DNA of 64,000 bases, from assembly GCA_951406725.2 (NCBI GenBank), contig OX597827.1, forward strand, positions 744,001-808,000, given 5' to 3'. Shown here one piece after another: positions 43,762 to 58,021 of the stretch. The stretch comes from Octopus vulgaris. Lineage: Eukaryota. Every line of letters starts with the position of its first letter. Position 1 is the first letter of the stretch. Position numbers and translations under genes: made by a program. The notes under the pieces were generated by a model. The model saw nothing but the letters and a program-made list of their open reading frames with translations, was not told the DNA's origin and searched no databases.

Positions 43762-44659
43762 CCGCAGCAGCAGTAGCAGTAGTAGTAGTAATAGTAGTAG
43801 CAGCAGCAGTATAGTAATAGTAGTATCAGCAGTAGGTGTGATGGTCGTGGTGGTTGCTGTTATCGCTGTTTCCGTTATTACTGTAGTTGATACCATTGGT
43901 GGTGGTGGTGGTGGTGGTGTGTCATTTAAACACCTACGAGTATTACACAGTATATTAATTAACCTCTCAGTACTCTGCAGCATCTCATCTAAAACCCTTT
44001 ATTACTCAGCACCAGTAACAGCCATTGCAGTTCTTGATGGCGATGGCCCTGATTGTGTTATTGTTGCTGGGAGTCGGATATAAACAAATAATCCTTCCTT
44101 TCTTTTGAGCAAAGCGACAGCATTTATTTGACTTTTTGTCTTACTGTCCATTCCCCTATCAGCTTTGATCGAGCAAATAATCTATGACCAAATAAATATC
44201 AGTCTTGATAAACCAATCATTATTACATTATCCAGTACGATTTAAATTACGTAGTACAGCATTGTGTGGTTTGGTGGAGATTTGGCTTCTATTTCTGACA
44301 AGTCTAGTATTTCGAAGATGTTTCGTATTGGCCTCTCTCTTCTTCAGTTGAATGTGTGCAAAACTTCTCTCCTAAATGTCTGGAATTGTGTCATAGCTGA
44401 TCTGGGCACGGAATTGGGTGTTCTCCAGTTTTATGTCTTCTGCTTACTGCAATTTATGCCAGACAGATTTGGAAGAACACAGAAAGGACGGATAGAAAAC
44501 TAAATGAACCCCGTCAAAGGTGGCTTAGAAAAATACTGAGAATCAGCAGGAGAGACTGTGTCAGGAATAAGGGGATTTTGAGAAGAGCGAGGTCATGAGA
44601 ATCAAGAGATTGTAGCAGAGCTCCGGTTCTGCCTGGCTGGCTATATTCTCCGTATAGCC

Positions 44660-45299
44660 GAGTGGTTCCCAACCATTAAAAAAAAAATCTATGGACCCCT
44701 TTGATTACGATTTTCTTCTGGTTTTTCTCCCACCCCTAGCTATTCGTGGAGGTGCGTGGTTTAGTGGTTAGGGTGTTGGACTCCTGATCGTAAGATTGTG
44801 GTTTCGATTCCTGGGCATGACGACGCGTTGTGTTCTTGAGGAAAACACTTCATTTCACGTTGCTCCAATCAACACAGCTTGCGAAAATGAGTTATTCTGC
44901 GATGGAGCGGCTTTCAGTCTAAGTGGGGAACTTATGCGCCGTGAAAGCGGGAAACCGGTCCTCATGAGTCGGTATGACTCGAAAAGGTAACTCTACCTTT
45001 AATATAGCCATTCGATGATTAAAATCTAGTTTTATGCATATCTCTTTCAAAATTCGTGTTTTGTGTTGGTTTACAACAGAACTCACTATGAGAACAAGTT
45101 TCAGTGGGTGGAAACATGTTAATCTATGTAAAACAACAGAGAAAGAAACCTAGCTGTTTCTTGCAATAGATACATCTAAAATAAAACTTTTTTCTTGAGC
45201 CATTAAAACATTACCGTGGATCCCCAATTAACTATTTTCCTTGCAAAATCTTATGCGGACCACCAGGGATCACATAGATACCCTGCTTGAGAACCACTA
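44660..45299. mobile_element. hAT (Charlie-like) MITE
   Basis: TIRs agtggttcccaacc / gcttgagaaccact; imperfect 8-bp TSD gtatagcc / atttagcc. Confidence 0.75.
44747..45004 (+). mobile_element. tRNA-derived SINE nested in the hAT MITE
   Basis: gtggtttagtggttagg...ggtttcgattcc head; TSD tagctattcg / tagccattcg. Confidence 0.8.
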
Positions 45300-45968
45300 A
45301 TTTAGCCGATCAGTGGCACTCGAAAACAGCCATGGTTCGAGTAACAGCTGACGTTAGGCTTAAAAAGGGCTGGCAGAAGATCACTTGACAAGTGGGCATT
45401 TCAAGAGGAATTGAAAACAGCCAAAATTATGTGGAGTGGATTTGTAAGAATACCAGCCGACAGAACCTGGCAGAAGAAGCCTATCACCCAATGCGCTGAC
45501 CAGCGCTGGAGGACCTAAATCTTAAGGTAAGTTTTATCAAATATTCTGTAATCGGTGCAGTATACATCACGTTTATTTTTATCTCTTTAATTGAACCAAT
45601 GAGGATTTTCAAGTGTTTCTCCTTTACATCTATATTATGATAATCCCTAAAGACAGATAGAATCTGTAAATTAGTCATCATATTGGATTAAAACTTACAA
45701 AATATTTAGCTGTTCGTTTTCACCTCTCTATCCGTTTGTGTTTAGTTTCAACAGAATACCCAACTTTTGATGGATCTTCCGTCGGTTTCGACGAGGGGAA
45801 GTTGGTTGACCGACAACTGAATCCCTACTCATGAAGTTAACGTATAAGTTGGTTGTGTATTCCACAAACGCATAACGTAATCATCGCTTTGAATCAACGT
45901 GGTTCAATGGTGACAAGACTGGGCTTTTGAATTATAAATACAATACAGAAAGAGATAGATAGATAGAT

Positions 45969-46004
<36 letters not shown>

Positions 46005-46439
46005 AGAAAGAAAGGAAGAAAGAAAGAGAAGGAGGTAGAGAGGGAAAGAGAGAGGGCGGGAGAGCGTGAGAGAGAGCAGGATTATCGACCCAGTACTGAA
46101 CTGATACTTTACTTATCAGTTTATGTTTCCAATTTAGAGTGTAGACAGCCGGAATAAATACTGCAAGATATTCTGCACCACGCTCTCACAATGTAACACC
46201 AATATTCCAGGCTGCACAACATAGACGAAAGGTACATGACAGAGCATTCACAGGCTTTTCATTGTCAATAGGATCTCTTTCGAGAAGCTATGATTTTGTA
46301 AAATCTGAAAGTGAAGGAAGCATGATTTTAAGGAAACTTTATCAGGAAATCAATACTTTAGGGATACATCGATGCTCGTTTATCGCAGGAGTTTAGTTAA
46401 AAACAAACAAAAAGAAAACACTGCAGTAAACGAATCACG

Positions 46440-47000
46440 CCATGCACATTGTAAATGGAACGAATGCTAGATTTATTGACCCTAAAATCGCAGTCCACAG
46501 CAACGAAGCTTCCACCATCAATTATTTTCTTGATCATCTCTAGCTTTTTTCTGTAGGGAAACACACTTATCTGTAGACACACTCATCTGCATAGTATTTC
46601 AGGCTCAAGTGCCTTCGTATTTTTTTCTGTTCACTGTAAAATGTTTCACAATTGAGCGTACCATGTGATTAATCAGCGATAAATGTATCAGTGATAATCA
46701 GGGCCACATGTACAGCCTTACTGGACACTATGATCTTCTTGTTTATTATAAATTCAGAAAGAAGATTTATTGACATCAAACTTGTGGTCCACAGGAACGA
46801 AGCTTTCGCCATCACTTACTTTCTTGATCATATCTAGCTTTTCCTGTAGAAAATACATACTCATCTGCATAGAATTTTAGGCTCAAGTGCTTCGTATTTC
46901 TTTCTGCTCACTGTAGAATGGTTCACAATTGAACGTATCGTGTTATCCGGGATCAGTGATGAATGACTTTGTTTTATATAAATTCATAAAGAAGAGTTAG
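46440..47000 (-). mobile_element. tandemly duplicated Tigger/pogo-like transposase 5' fragment
   Basis: RKKLEMIKKI..G.S......F.VNKSSIRSI (CENP-B/psq-type HTH); ~295-bp unit present twice. Confidence 0.6.
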
Positions 47001-48009
47001 CGGTCATTGGAATCTCCACAAGGCTGGTAGAGATAGTTTCTTTGGCTTTTGCAAGGCCCAAGGGATTGGTGAGATCGATACTGCTGATGCTCAATTTGAC
47101 CCTTTATAAGTGAACTTCAACCTAAAAAACGCTCGCTAACAAAACCAGTTCCAGAAGACTGATGTTCTAGAGAGAAAAGATTCGCCATGATGGTTAATGC
47201 GAGCAATGGGGTGTGAGTGAGTCAAACGAGAATACGAGAGGTGATTGTGTTGGTTGGTCTGAACAGCGATGGCATGTCGAGCTCACATGAACAGAGACCG
47301 CTGTTGTAGAGATTGTAAAAAAGAAAAAAAGAATGAGAAAAGAAACGGAGTAAAGAGAAGAATGAGGAAATAGCAAATATGCAAACCAAAAGCTGAAGTG
47401 GTGAGTTCTTGGTCAATCAGAGGGATTGCTGTTGGTTGTAGCTGCTCTTTGGAATGCATCTTTTGCTATTTGTAGGATTTCTCGGAAAAAATCATCGTAG
47501 ATCGTGAAGTCATAAAATCTCAATATGTAATCACTTTAACTGGTTTTAGCTGTGAGTTTTCTCAACCCTAGAAAGTGCGTGGGGGCTGCCCTCTATCATA
47601 GGATCTTTGAACTATGACCGTCGTTCTTTATGGAAACATCGTCAGCCAAACAAGTATTTAAACACCGGGTGAAATAACAGTTTGCTGACAGTTTTCACTA
47701 AACTCTTAGATAAACAAACTATTGTTGTTTTCTTTTCGTGTATTTGTAATTATTAACTTATGGTTCAGTTCGTCCTAATCGATAGAAGATCGATAACTAA
47801 TGACTAGTTAGTCAATAAATCATTTGATAATAGTGATTTGTAACATTGGAAAAATTCTACAACTGGTGGGTTCGGAAGGGGTAGAGGTGGGGAGTAAAAT
47901 TTGATTTGAATAAACCGCCAATTCTTCTGTGTTCTTCCTTTTGTAGAACTCTCACAACGGAAGTCGATTCAATAATAGTAATAATGATGATGATGGTATT
48001 AATAATAAA

Positions 48010-48386
<377 letters not shown>

Positions 48387-48404
48387 GAAGAAGAAGAAGA
48401 AGAA

Positions 48405-48840
48405 GAAAGAAGATAGAAACTAATATACTAGATATAACGATTGTAGATAAGGAAAAGTGAAACTGCTTACTTATCGACCCATCATGACCGTTTGTTTTGC
48501 AGGATCGCAAAGAAAGAGGAAGTGAAACAAAGAAAATACAATTCCTTAAAATTTGAAATAGGAAGAATTTGGAGTATGCGATCAGTAAAAGTCGTGCCTA
48601 TAATAATTGGTGCGTTGGGAAGAGGAAGCAAAGATATAGCCAAATGGCTGAACGCGATTGAAATAGAATGTCCGGTAGAGCTCCTACAAAAAGTTTGTCT
48701 CTTAAGGACAGCAAGAATTATCAGGAGAGTTCTAAGCACTTGAAAGACTGCCGAAAACTTACGGATACTTAAGGTTACAGGTAGTAACCCGTTATCCGCA
48801 TAAATCTTGCCAGGAATAAGACCGAAATAATAATAATAAC
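48405..48840 (+). mobile_element. R4/Dong-type LINE 3' end with (TAA)n tail
   Basis: KKEEVKQRKYNSLKFEIGRIW..VKVVPIIIGALG...LQKVCLLRTARIIRRVL*; abuts an (AAT)/(GAT)/(AAG) tract. Confidence 0.85.
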
Positions 48841-49192
48841 AAATGACATCTTGCTCCGGTCCAGGGAGCAATATGTCATCATTCCTCTTTCCTCTCCCTT
48901 TCTACGGCCACACCTAGAATACAACTGTCCGACCGCAGCCAACCCCCTCACCGCCACCGAAGTCTCTCTACACCAGAAAAAACATAATTTATCTCTTACT
49001 TGAATCAGTCATTGGGCTGCGGTCATGCTTGGGGACCGCTTTGGAGCCTTTTTAATCGAACGAATCGACCTCATTACTGATTTATTTAAAGTCTGGTGCT
49101 TATTCTATTCGTTTCTTTTGCTGAACCACTAAGTTACGGGGACATAACGCATTAACACTGGTTGTCGAGCGGTAGAGGATACAGACACAAAT

Positions 49193-49244
<52 letters not shown>

Positions 49245-49500
49245 TCACACACACATGCACACACACGCATGCACGCACGCATGCACGTACACACACATAC
49301 ACTCAAATTGTATTTACAATTAAAGTTTTAGGGAGGAGAATTTATCCAAACTTTGTTATCAAAATGTCCCTTGTAGTGTGCCTACAGAGCACGTTCACCG
49401 CTTGCGGCTGCCAGGTGTCATCCGGGGGTAGTGCACTTTCGTAGCTGGATGTATGAAAGGAATTTCCAGGTGCACGCTGAATTTATTCTAAATGATTAAT

Positions 49501-49813
49501 ACGGAAAACAGGGTGTATTGGAAGCGTTATTTAGAACAACGATTGTTTCGGCTTACTTCTGTACTGTCCCCTAGTGAATGGGGAACGATGTAAGAGAATC
49601 GATTGCACCCCATAGTGCAGAAGAAACATCCCAGACGACATAAATGTACATCTTATAACACTGAACCACTTTTTGTAGGCCGAGGAGGTTTCTCTGCACT
49701 GTGGGGTGCATTCGATTCCATTTCATCGTTCCTCACCCACGAGGGAGCAGTGCAGAAGTCAGCCGAAACGATCGTAGTCGTAAATAAAGCTTCCAGTACA
49801 CTTTGTCTTCCGT
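49501..49813. repeat. diverged inverted repeat with a decayed hammerhead in each arm
   Basis: Arms about 49501-49640 and 49672-49813; + strand CCGAGGA-ggtt..tctgcactg/cagtgcaga..agcc-GAAAC-gatc-GTA then AATAAA. Confidence 0.75.
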
Positions 49814-49842
49814 TTCAATCATTTAGTACATATGTATATATA

Positions 49843-50256
49843 CCGTAAATCCTCGAGTATAGTCCGCCCTTGAGTATAATACGCTGGGAATTTTTAGGGG
49901 GCTGTATCGTCCTTTATTATTATTGTATATATATAACATAATGCAAACGTATAGCTTTTTTGTGTATTTTGTTTGCAGAAAATAAAGAAATAATAGTAAT
50001 AACGTTTAATAAATGTTGCTTATTGCAAGTTATGGGTGATTCTTTTATGACTTCATTGCTTTCAGGCTTAGCTTCAGGTATTTTCGCTTCCGACATCACA
50101 AAATGCGTCTGAATGCACATTGCCAGACAGCAAATAGAGACTCAGACATTGCTTAGAAAATACTTTTCATTTTTAACCTCGTATATAGTACGCACTAGAG
50201 ATTTTGACCTTTAAATTTTGGGTAAAAAAATGCGAATTATACTCGAGGATTTACGG
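49843..50256. mobile_element. Tc2/pogo-like MITE
   Basis: TIR ccgtaaatcctcgagtata / tatactcgaggatttacgg with TA on both sides. Confidence 0.9.
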
Positions 50257-50417
50257 TATACGACAGGTTTCTTTCAGTTGCTATCAACCAAATCCACTCA
50301 CACAGCTTTGGGCGGTCCGAGTCGATGGTAGAAGACACTTGTCCAAGGTGCCACGCCGTAGCACTGAACCCAGAACCATGTGGCTGAAAATCAATCTTCC
50401 TACGACACACCCACGAC

Positions 50418-50474
<57 letters not shown>

Positions 50475-51968
50475 GATGGTCTTGGCATAGTTAGTTACTG
50501 TCTACCAAAGCATGCTCAAAAATTATTGGTCAGCCAAGGGTTGTGCCTATCGAAACTTGCGTAAGATGCTGCACTGTACGACCGAACCTGCGCCCATTCC
50601 TGATATAACTATTTCGTTTCTATCCTTAAGTTTTGAACTTTTAAAACACGTGGTACCTATTCCAAAAGATCGCAAAACATTAGCGACACAATACCGCTGT
50701 TGTTGCTATTATTGGTATAGCAACTATTGTAGAAATCTATGGTCAAAACCAATTCAGCCGTAACCATTCTCGCCTTTTTTCCGAGATACAGTGAAGTTCA
50801 AGATCCCATTGCCCAAGATGTCCTCCATTACTTCTAACACGATAGGATGCCATTAAAGAAGATTTCTGCTGCTATTGTAGATGCCAGTCACATTCATATT
50901 GTTTGTACTCTCATAAACTTAGCCATTTTGTGTTTACGTCTGCTTTTTTTTTCTTTTGAGACTTGATGCAAGGATTTTACTTTCCAGGAATCTCTAGGGG
51001 AAAATACGAAAAACAATAAAAATCTTTTCGATTTGCCGCAAAAATAAAACCATTTAACGAATATATATATATATATATTTACATTCATTCATATACGTAG
51101 ATACACTCCCCACACATACACACATACACACGCATATCTATGTATATGTATGTATTTATACGTGTGTGTGTTTGTATTTGTGTGTATGTGTGTATGTGTG
51201 CATGTGTGTGCATTAAAAACTTAAGAAAAAAGGAATAGTAACGAATTACTTATAAAGCATAAGTAACAATTTTCGCCAGCATTCCCTACTTCCTTCAGAC
51301 ATTTTAGATTCAAAATCAGAGAGCTTTGAAGGAAACAGAAGATATGTGCAATAAATCTAAGATTGATCAATAAATAATCGTAACAACCACAAGAGCAACG
51401 ACAACAAGAGCAGCAGCAGCAGCAGCAGTAACAATAGCAACAACAGCAACAACAACAATAACAACAGCAGGGATTCCTGCTGTTAATGATAGTAATGCTA
51501 GCTTTAATATGTTTTAGAATAAACCAGATAACATGATTGAGTGAGAGAAAGACTAAAGAACAAACGCAATGGAAAAGCTATCCCATGCTGCTTAAAATTC
51601 CAATTAAAACAGTACATAGTGTGTCCCTACTTGGTCGCTAAATCTGCAAGAAACAGCAGCCAAATCTCTCTATTTCCCTCTATTTCTCTCTGTCTCTCTA
51701 TTTCTCGAATCATACAAAACCGTCTTTAAAAAGACAATGGCATGACATGTTGGCTGTTGTTGTCTGAGATGAACTATGAAGGAATGGTCATAACTGGAAA
51801 ACACTTTCATTATCATTTCCTTCGAACAGGTTAGACTCGATCTGGACTGAAACAGCAATAGTAAAAGCAACAACGATAACAACAACGGCAATCAATAGTT
51901 ATCTTCTGGCTATATTTTATTCTATAAATAATCATCAATCTTGTTTAGATTCACAAATCCGGTTGTGG

Positions 51969-52015
51969 CTTTGACTGAAGAGGCACAATGAGGTCGAAAC
52001 ACCGGTGTTGAAAGG
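51969..52015 (+). ncRNA. candidate minimal hammerhead ribozyme
   Basis: ctttga-CTGAAGA-ggc-acaatgag-gtc-GAAAC-accggt-GT(T)gaaag; palindromic helix III, imperfect helix I. Confidence 0.5.
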
Positions 52016-52164
52016 TCTTCTCTATGTCACTGAATTGAGTGGATTGGGAATATACATCGTCTGAAGGTAGAAGCTGTTATCCCAAAATGAAATACACTAT
52101 CGATTAGTATAGTCACATTCAAATCTACCAGAACATGTTAAGAATCTATATATAATCCTTATAT

Positions 52165-52760
52165 ATCTACAGGTCATGTATTAACAGTGAATAATATGAA
52201 GTAAAGTTCAAAATTGATAAAACACCCGAGAGCGAGAAGTGCAGAATGTGTGGTGAGAGGGATGAAACAGTGTGGCACATCTTTAGTGAGAGTCCGAAAT
52301 TGGCACAGCGTGAATACAAAAGGTGGCACGATAATGTGACAAGAATGGTCCATGGAAGCTTTGTGGAAAGGTCAAAGGCGTGGTATGACGAAATCTAAGA
52401 ATGAGGATTGCAAAATCTATGAGATGCAATGATTCAGTCTGTCCATCAGATTGGACTTAGAATACCTGACGTTGTTGCACTGAACAAAAGAAAATATAAC
52501 TTTCCTGATAATTGACGTGGCTTGTCCAGGTGAGTACAGGATTGACGAGAAAGAAGGAAAAGTGAAGAACTATGATTAACTGATGTGGGAAATACGCTGG
52601 TTGTAGACAATAAAGTAAATAGACATGATTGATGCTCTTGAAAATATCAGTACGCAACTACCAACACGGCTCAAAAATACTGGAGCGAATGTAGTGATAG
52701 AACACTACAAAAATCATCATTGTTTGAACATTATAGTTAGAAGTAATTAGCGAATGTGAA
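52165..52760 (+). mobile_element. R4/Dong-type LINE fragment (zinc knuckle + RLE)
   Basis: KCRMCGERDETVWHIFSE.PKLAQREYKRWHDNV, then IPDVV..IIDVACP. Confidence 0.85.
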
Positions 52761-53165
52761 GCTTTGATGGCTAAAGAAGATTTTTCTGGCTCGTGTAGCA
52801 GCTTTGACTTGGATAGAAATCCATTTCTGCTAGATCTTGATTCTTCGTAGTATCCGTCACTGTACAAAGGTGAATCATTATCCGCGTACTTTTAGGTACT
52901 TGTAATCCTAAGATATCTATTGTAATAAATTTTAGAAATGATTAATGTAAGAAAATGAATAACTGATATTCTGCGGGCAAATAGAAAGCGAAATAGTTAT
53001 GCTTGACATACGAGGGTAAGTCAAAAATCATGTGTACCTTTGTTTCTGTCAAAGAGCGTGACCTCGAAACGTAAAAGACTTTTCAATTCTTCCCGAGCGT
53101 TAAACTAACACACCTGCTTGTTGTCCGTACACCTGTCTTCGTCTTTTGTTTTCTGTAAATTTGAA

Positions 53166-53287
<122 letters not shown>

Positions 53288-53292
53288 ATCTA

Positions 53293-53323
<31 letters not shown>

Positions 53324-53326
53324 ATA

Positions 53327-53420
<94 letters not shown>

Positions 53421-53454
53421 TACAAACATATATATACAAACATATATACATATA

Positions 53455-53595
53455 CATTCGACAGTTCCGTTACTTACAAGACATTGCTTGGGTCGGGATT
53501 GTAGTAGAAGATACTTACCCAAGGTAGCATGCAGTGGGACTGAACCCGCAACCATGTGACTGCAAAGAGAGCTTCTTAATTTCACAGTCATGCCT
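53455..53595 (-). mobile_element. SINE family A head
   Basis: gtagaagatacttacccaagg...gcagtgggactgaaccc. Confidence 0.7.
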
Positions 53596-53997
53596 GCTAA
53601 TTTCAGTTCAAGAAATGTCCATTTATCTTTCATTTTCTCATTTTTCTTCTATCTTTTCTACTTTTCCCCCCTGTTAATCCTGGTGTTAGGTTCTGCTTGA
53701 GGTTGAGAGCAGGTTAGTGATATCTCAGTTTGACCACGTACCTATCAGAGAGCATTTGATCTTCATTGCAATTGAATCCCCATTAAATATTCTAGCGAAA
53801 AGTTGGGAGTTGCTAAGTCATAGCCTGCCTATTTCCGTAGTACCAAATCTTAGAACTCCACGAAGAACATCTTCAGGGCCCCGTTTTGTCTGAAGAAACA
53901 ATTTTGAACCTTTCAGTGGTTTCTCTTCGTTGTCAGGATTGGAGCCTTCTTCTCGTCCTCGTCCTAGTAGTCGCCATCGTCATCCTACCACCGCCAC

Positions 53998-54200
53998 CTT
54001 CTTCTTCTTCTTCTTCTTCTTCTTCTTCTTCTTCTTCTTCTTCTTCTTCTTCTTCTTCTTCTTCTTCTCCTTCTTCATTCTTCTTCTTCATTCTTCTTCT
54101 AGTTCTCCTTCTTCTTCTTCTTTTTCTTCTTCTTCTTCTTCTTCTTCTTCTTCTTCTTCTTCTTCTTCTTCTTCTTCTTCTTCTTCTTCTTCTTCTTCTT
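53998..54200. repeat. (TTC)n microsatellite
   Basis: Direct reading. Confidence 0.95.
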
Positions 54201-55060
54201 CATTCTTCTTCTTTTTCACCTTTTTCTAAATTTCAAAAGAAATTACAAATTATGCCAGGAAGTAGAATGAAAGAGCAAAACTGTCATCGCTAATGTCATC
54301 GTTACCACGACAGAAGAGATCTGCTAGGACAGCACCGATTGCCCGGGACTATTATACGTCATGTATATCAATATATACCGCCATGTCACCGTCAAAGCAG
54401 TTGATCTACAAAAGACAGTCTAAGCACTCAACGATGTTGGTTCGACATGCAGCGATCAAAAGAGTAAAACTAAATAGATAGGAATGCAGTAAAAACGATT
54501 CATACGGCGAGAGAAGAGCTTCTGTTCTTATAGATGTTGACCATCGTGAATTTATATGTTTTTAAACACATATTTAAAAAAAAAGATTCTGAAGGGTTCC
54601 TAGACTAACGCAAATATTTGTCGTGTGGCTCTTTAGGGAGTCTCGTGACAACTATGGTAACGTTTACCACCGAGAAATGGTACTCTTTAAATATAGCACT
54701 TAATCACCTGACTAATAATGTAACAATGTAAACAACAAGATTGAACAAAATGAAAAAAAAAATAGAGATGATAAGAAAGGTTAGGAGAGAAGAGGGGAGG
54801 AGAGAGTTGATAAAAGAGGTTGGAAAAGAGATGGTTAGAAAGATGAGAAGTTTGATGAAGAGATGAAAGATCAAGAAACAGAAACAATAAAAAAAATCAA
54901 TGAAGAAGTGAAATTAAAAAGAGAAAGAATATGAGAATATGTTATATTATTATTATTAATATTTCCTCAGAAGACTTCCATAACAGAGATAATTTAGCGA
55001 TATGTATACATACATACATACATACATATATACATACATATATATACATATATGTATGTA

Positions 55061-55096
<36 letters not shown>

Positions 55097-55098
55097 CA

Positions 55099-55155
<57 letters not shown>

Positions 55156-55409
55156 ATATATATACGCACATGCATACACGTATATGTGTATGCATGCATG
55201 TATGAATGTATGTATGCATATAAATATACAAATGTATATGTGTACATATATATATACATGTATGTATGTATATATTCATATAAATAAATATTTATATATG
55301 AAATGTATATTTTTATGTATATGCGTATTCGTGTGTGTGCCTGTACGTGTTTTACACACACACACACACACACACTAAGAAACAGACGCGCATACTCATA
55401 TTTATAAAT

Positions 55410-55483
<74 letters not shown>

Positions 55484-55942
55484 TAGAGTGAGAGAGAGAA
55501 AGTGAGATCTTACACAGGAAATATCTCTCACGGAAAATATAATAGAAGCGAAATAAACAAAAAAAACAAAAAAAACAATAACAAAATAGATAAAACGAAA
55601 ATAAAAAAATAAAAAATAAACCGACAAAAACACTAAACACCACCACCACCACCAACACCAACAACAACACCGCCAACATTATTATTTCAACACCATCTGA
55701 TGTACTGAATAACCTTTCTTTTGGAACATATCTAGAAAGATTCCTTGCTTTGGTCTTCTTCCATTCACTTTTTGTTGCTGCTCTTCTTAATACAACTTCT
55801 TTGTTCCTATCCTTCATACCAATATTTATCTTCTTCTCTGTTTTCAATATGTTTTTGGTGTTGCTTTTCTTACAGAATATTTTTTTTTCCTCTCAGCTTC
55901 AACGTTTCGTGCGTTTTTCCTCTGTTTTTTATATATTCAATA

Positions 55943-55989
<47 letters not shown>

Positions 55990-55998
55990 CATACATAC

Positions 55999-56063
<65 letters not shown>

Positions 56064-56064
56064 G

Positions 56065-56116
<52 letters not shown>

Positions 56117-56560
56117 CATATATATATATATTATATATTAGTTAAAAGTAAGGAATATATATGTATGTATGTTGTTGATATGTTTTGTTGTCTACTTTGT
56201 TATAACTCTTTTCCTTCCTTTTATTTATTTATTTATCTATTTATTTTGATATAAGTTATTTAGTTATTTTATTTTATTTTATTCATTTAATTATTATTAT
56301 TATTTTTTTATATCACTATGCCCTCATTAACTCTGAAAAATTATGCTCTTCTCTGAAATATGTATGTACGTATGTATGTATGTATGTATGTATGTATGTA
56401 TGTATGTATGTATGTATGTATGTTTGTATGCATGCATGTATGTATGTGCATATGCATACATACGTATATAAACATTCAAACATGTATGAATATAAATGTT
56501 TATATATTTACACATATATATTTAAACATGTGTACATGTGTTTGTGGGAAAGTATATATA

Positions 56561-56612
<52 letters not shown>

Positions 56613-56741
56613 CGCACATATTTAATGGAATACAGCAAAAACTATGTGAAAGTTGCCATCTGTTCACAAGTACTCAGAAACTAACTTGAAGTCACACTTA
56701 TATTCATGTATGACCATAAAATATATATGAACATCTGTACG

Positions 56742-56772
<31 letters not shown>

Positions 56773-57262
56773 ATATATATATATATATATACGCACATGT
56801 ATTAATGTAGATTTATGATTGTATACAAATATATATGCATGTTTGCCACTGATTTGTCTCTCCTCTCTATTTCCTTTGTGTGTTTGTTTGTATTTGTCTA
56901 ACAACTACTTATTTATCCAGCTATCTGTATGTATGAATGCATGTATGTATGTAATTATATGTATGTGTATACCAGACATATGCCCATGAACCTTTATTCT
57001 TAGTGCATGACCGATATATATTTACCCAGAATGCATTTGACTCAACACGTGGACGGTGCTATGTCTGTATAAATGAAACAAACGAGAGAAATGAACTTCA
57101 CCTGGACTACAGGTAAAAAGATGAAATATTAATCACGACTGTTTCCGTCAAATATCGGCATGTCTCGTTTACTAATTACATTGTCAGCCGCAGTTGAACT
57201 AAAAACAGTTGTCTATTTAGTGATATAATAAAGTGGATTGTTAGCCTTTCCAGGGATTCGTT

Positions 57263-57330
57263 TACGAGGTCTGATCAATAAGTATCCTGATTGTTGCTTT
57301 AGTTTCATTACTATGGCAACAGTCCAGATA
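57263..57330. mobile_element. collapsed mariner-type terminal hairpin
   Basis: tacgaggtctgatcaataagtatcc terminus; tatcctgattgttgctttagt pairs with actatggcaacagtccagata. Confidence 0.55.
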
Positions 57331-57444
57331 AGTCAACCAAGATTGGGTTATAACACGACTTTATAATTTATCACTGAAAAATTAGTCCTAAAAGGTTGGC
57401 GATAAGATATTCAGAAATGCATTTATGTTGTATAAGTCTTTTGT

Positions 57445-57636
57445 CTTTTACTCGTTATACAGCGGCTATAACGGGGTACCGCCATGAAGGCTTTGGTCGA
57501 CCGAATCGTCACTGGCACTTATAGTCTTGCGCTGATTCTATCGTTCACTTGCACACAACCGCTAAGTCACGGTGGATGTAAACAAGCCAGCACCCGTTGT
57601 CAAATAGTGGTGGAAAACAAAAACAAGCACATGCAC

Positions 57637-57669
<33 letters not shown>

Positions 57670-57710
57670 CTGTCTTCTATACAGTTTGCGTCTACCAAAT
57701 TCCTCAAAAG
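57445..57710 (-). mobile_element. SINE family A, degenerate
   Basis: aaccgctaagtcacgg..gtaaacaagccagcacc..cagtttgcgtctaccaaatt. Confidence 0.65.
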
Positions 57711-57969
57711 GCCTTATATATTTGCAAAGCAGGCCTCGTCTTTCATCGTGACCTGGTGGTTACCGCCCGTTGATAAGAGACAATAATCTCGTAACCGGTC
57801 CGTGCGTATCACTCAGGCTTGCGAGGAAGGGATGACCTCCCTTTGCAAATACTTCAAGGACACTGAAAGGGTGTCTAAAGCCAGCTGGAGACGATGATCT
57901 CCTGGGGCTAAAAAGCTACAGTAACACCCCCACTTTGTGGTTAGCCATATTGAGATGGCTTTTATACTT

Positions 57970-58021
<52 letters not shown>

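Larger units (their letters stand above)
44445..45530 (+). mobile_element. RTE-clade LINE 3' fragment, interrupted
   Basis: IWKNTERTDRKLN..RQRWLRKILRIS..D.VRN; continues after 45300. Confidence 0.7.
48990..50420 (-). mobile_element. SINE family A split by nested inserts
   Basis: Tail half 48990-49200 and head half 50259-50420. Confidence 0.7.

Noticed and set aside
44747-44830. tRNA-like sequences (also at 19821)
   Set aside because: No intact cloverleaf seen; they continue into SINE bodies
45520-45532. Consensus splice donor aag|gtaagt (similar isolated donors near 25205 and 34961)
   Set aside because: This one coincides with the RTE 3' end; the others lack a matching acceptor or recognisable ORF
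57263-57330. pre-miRNA-like hairpin
   Set aside because: Better explained as fused mariner termini
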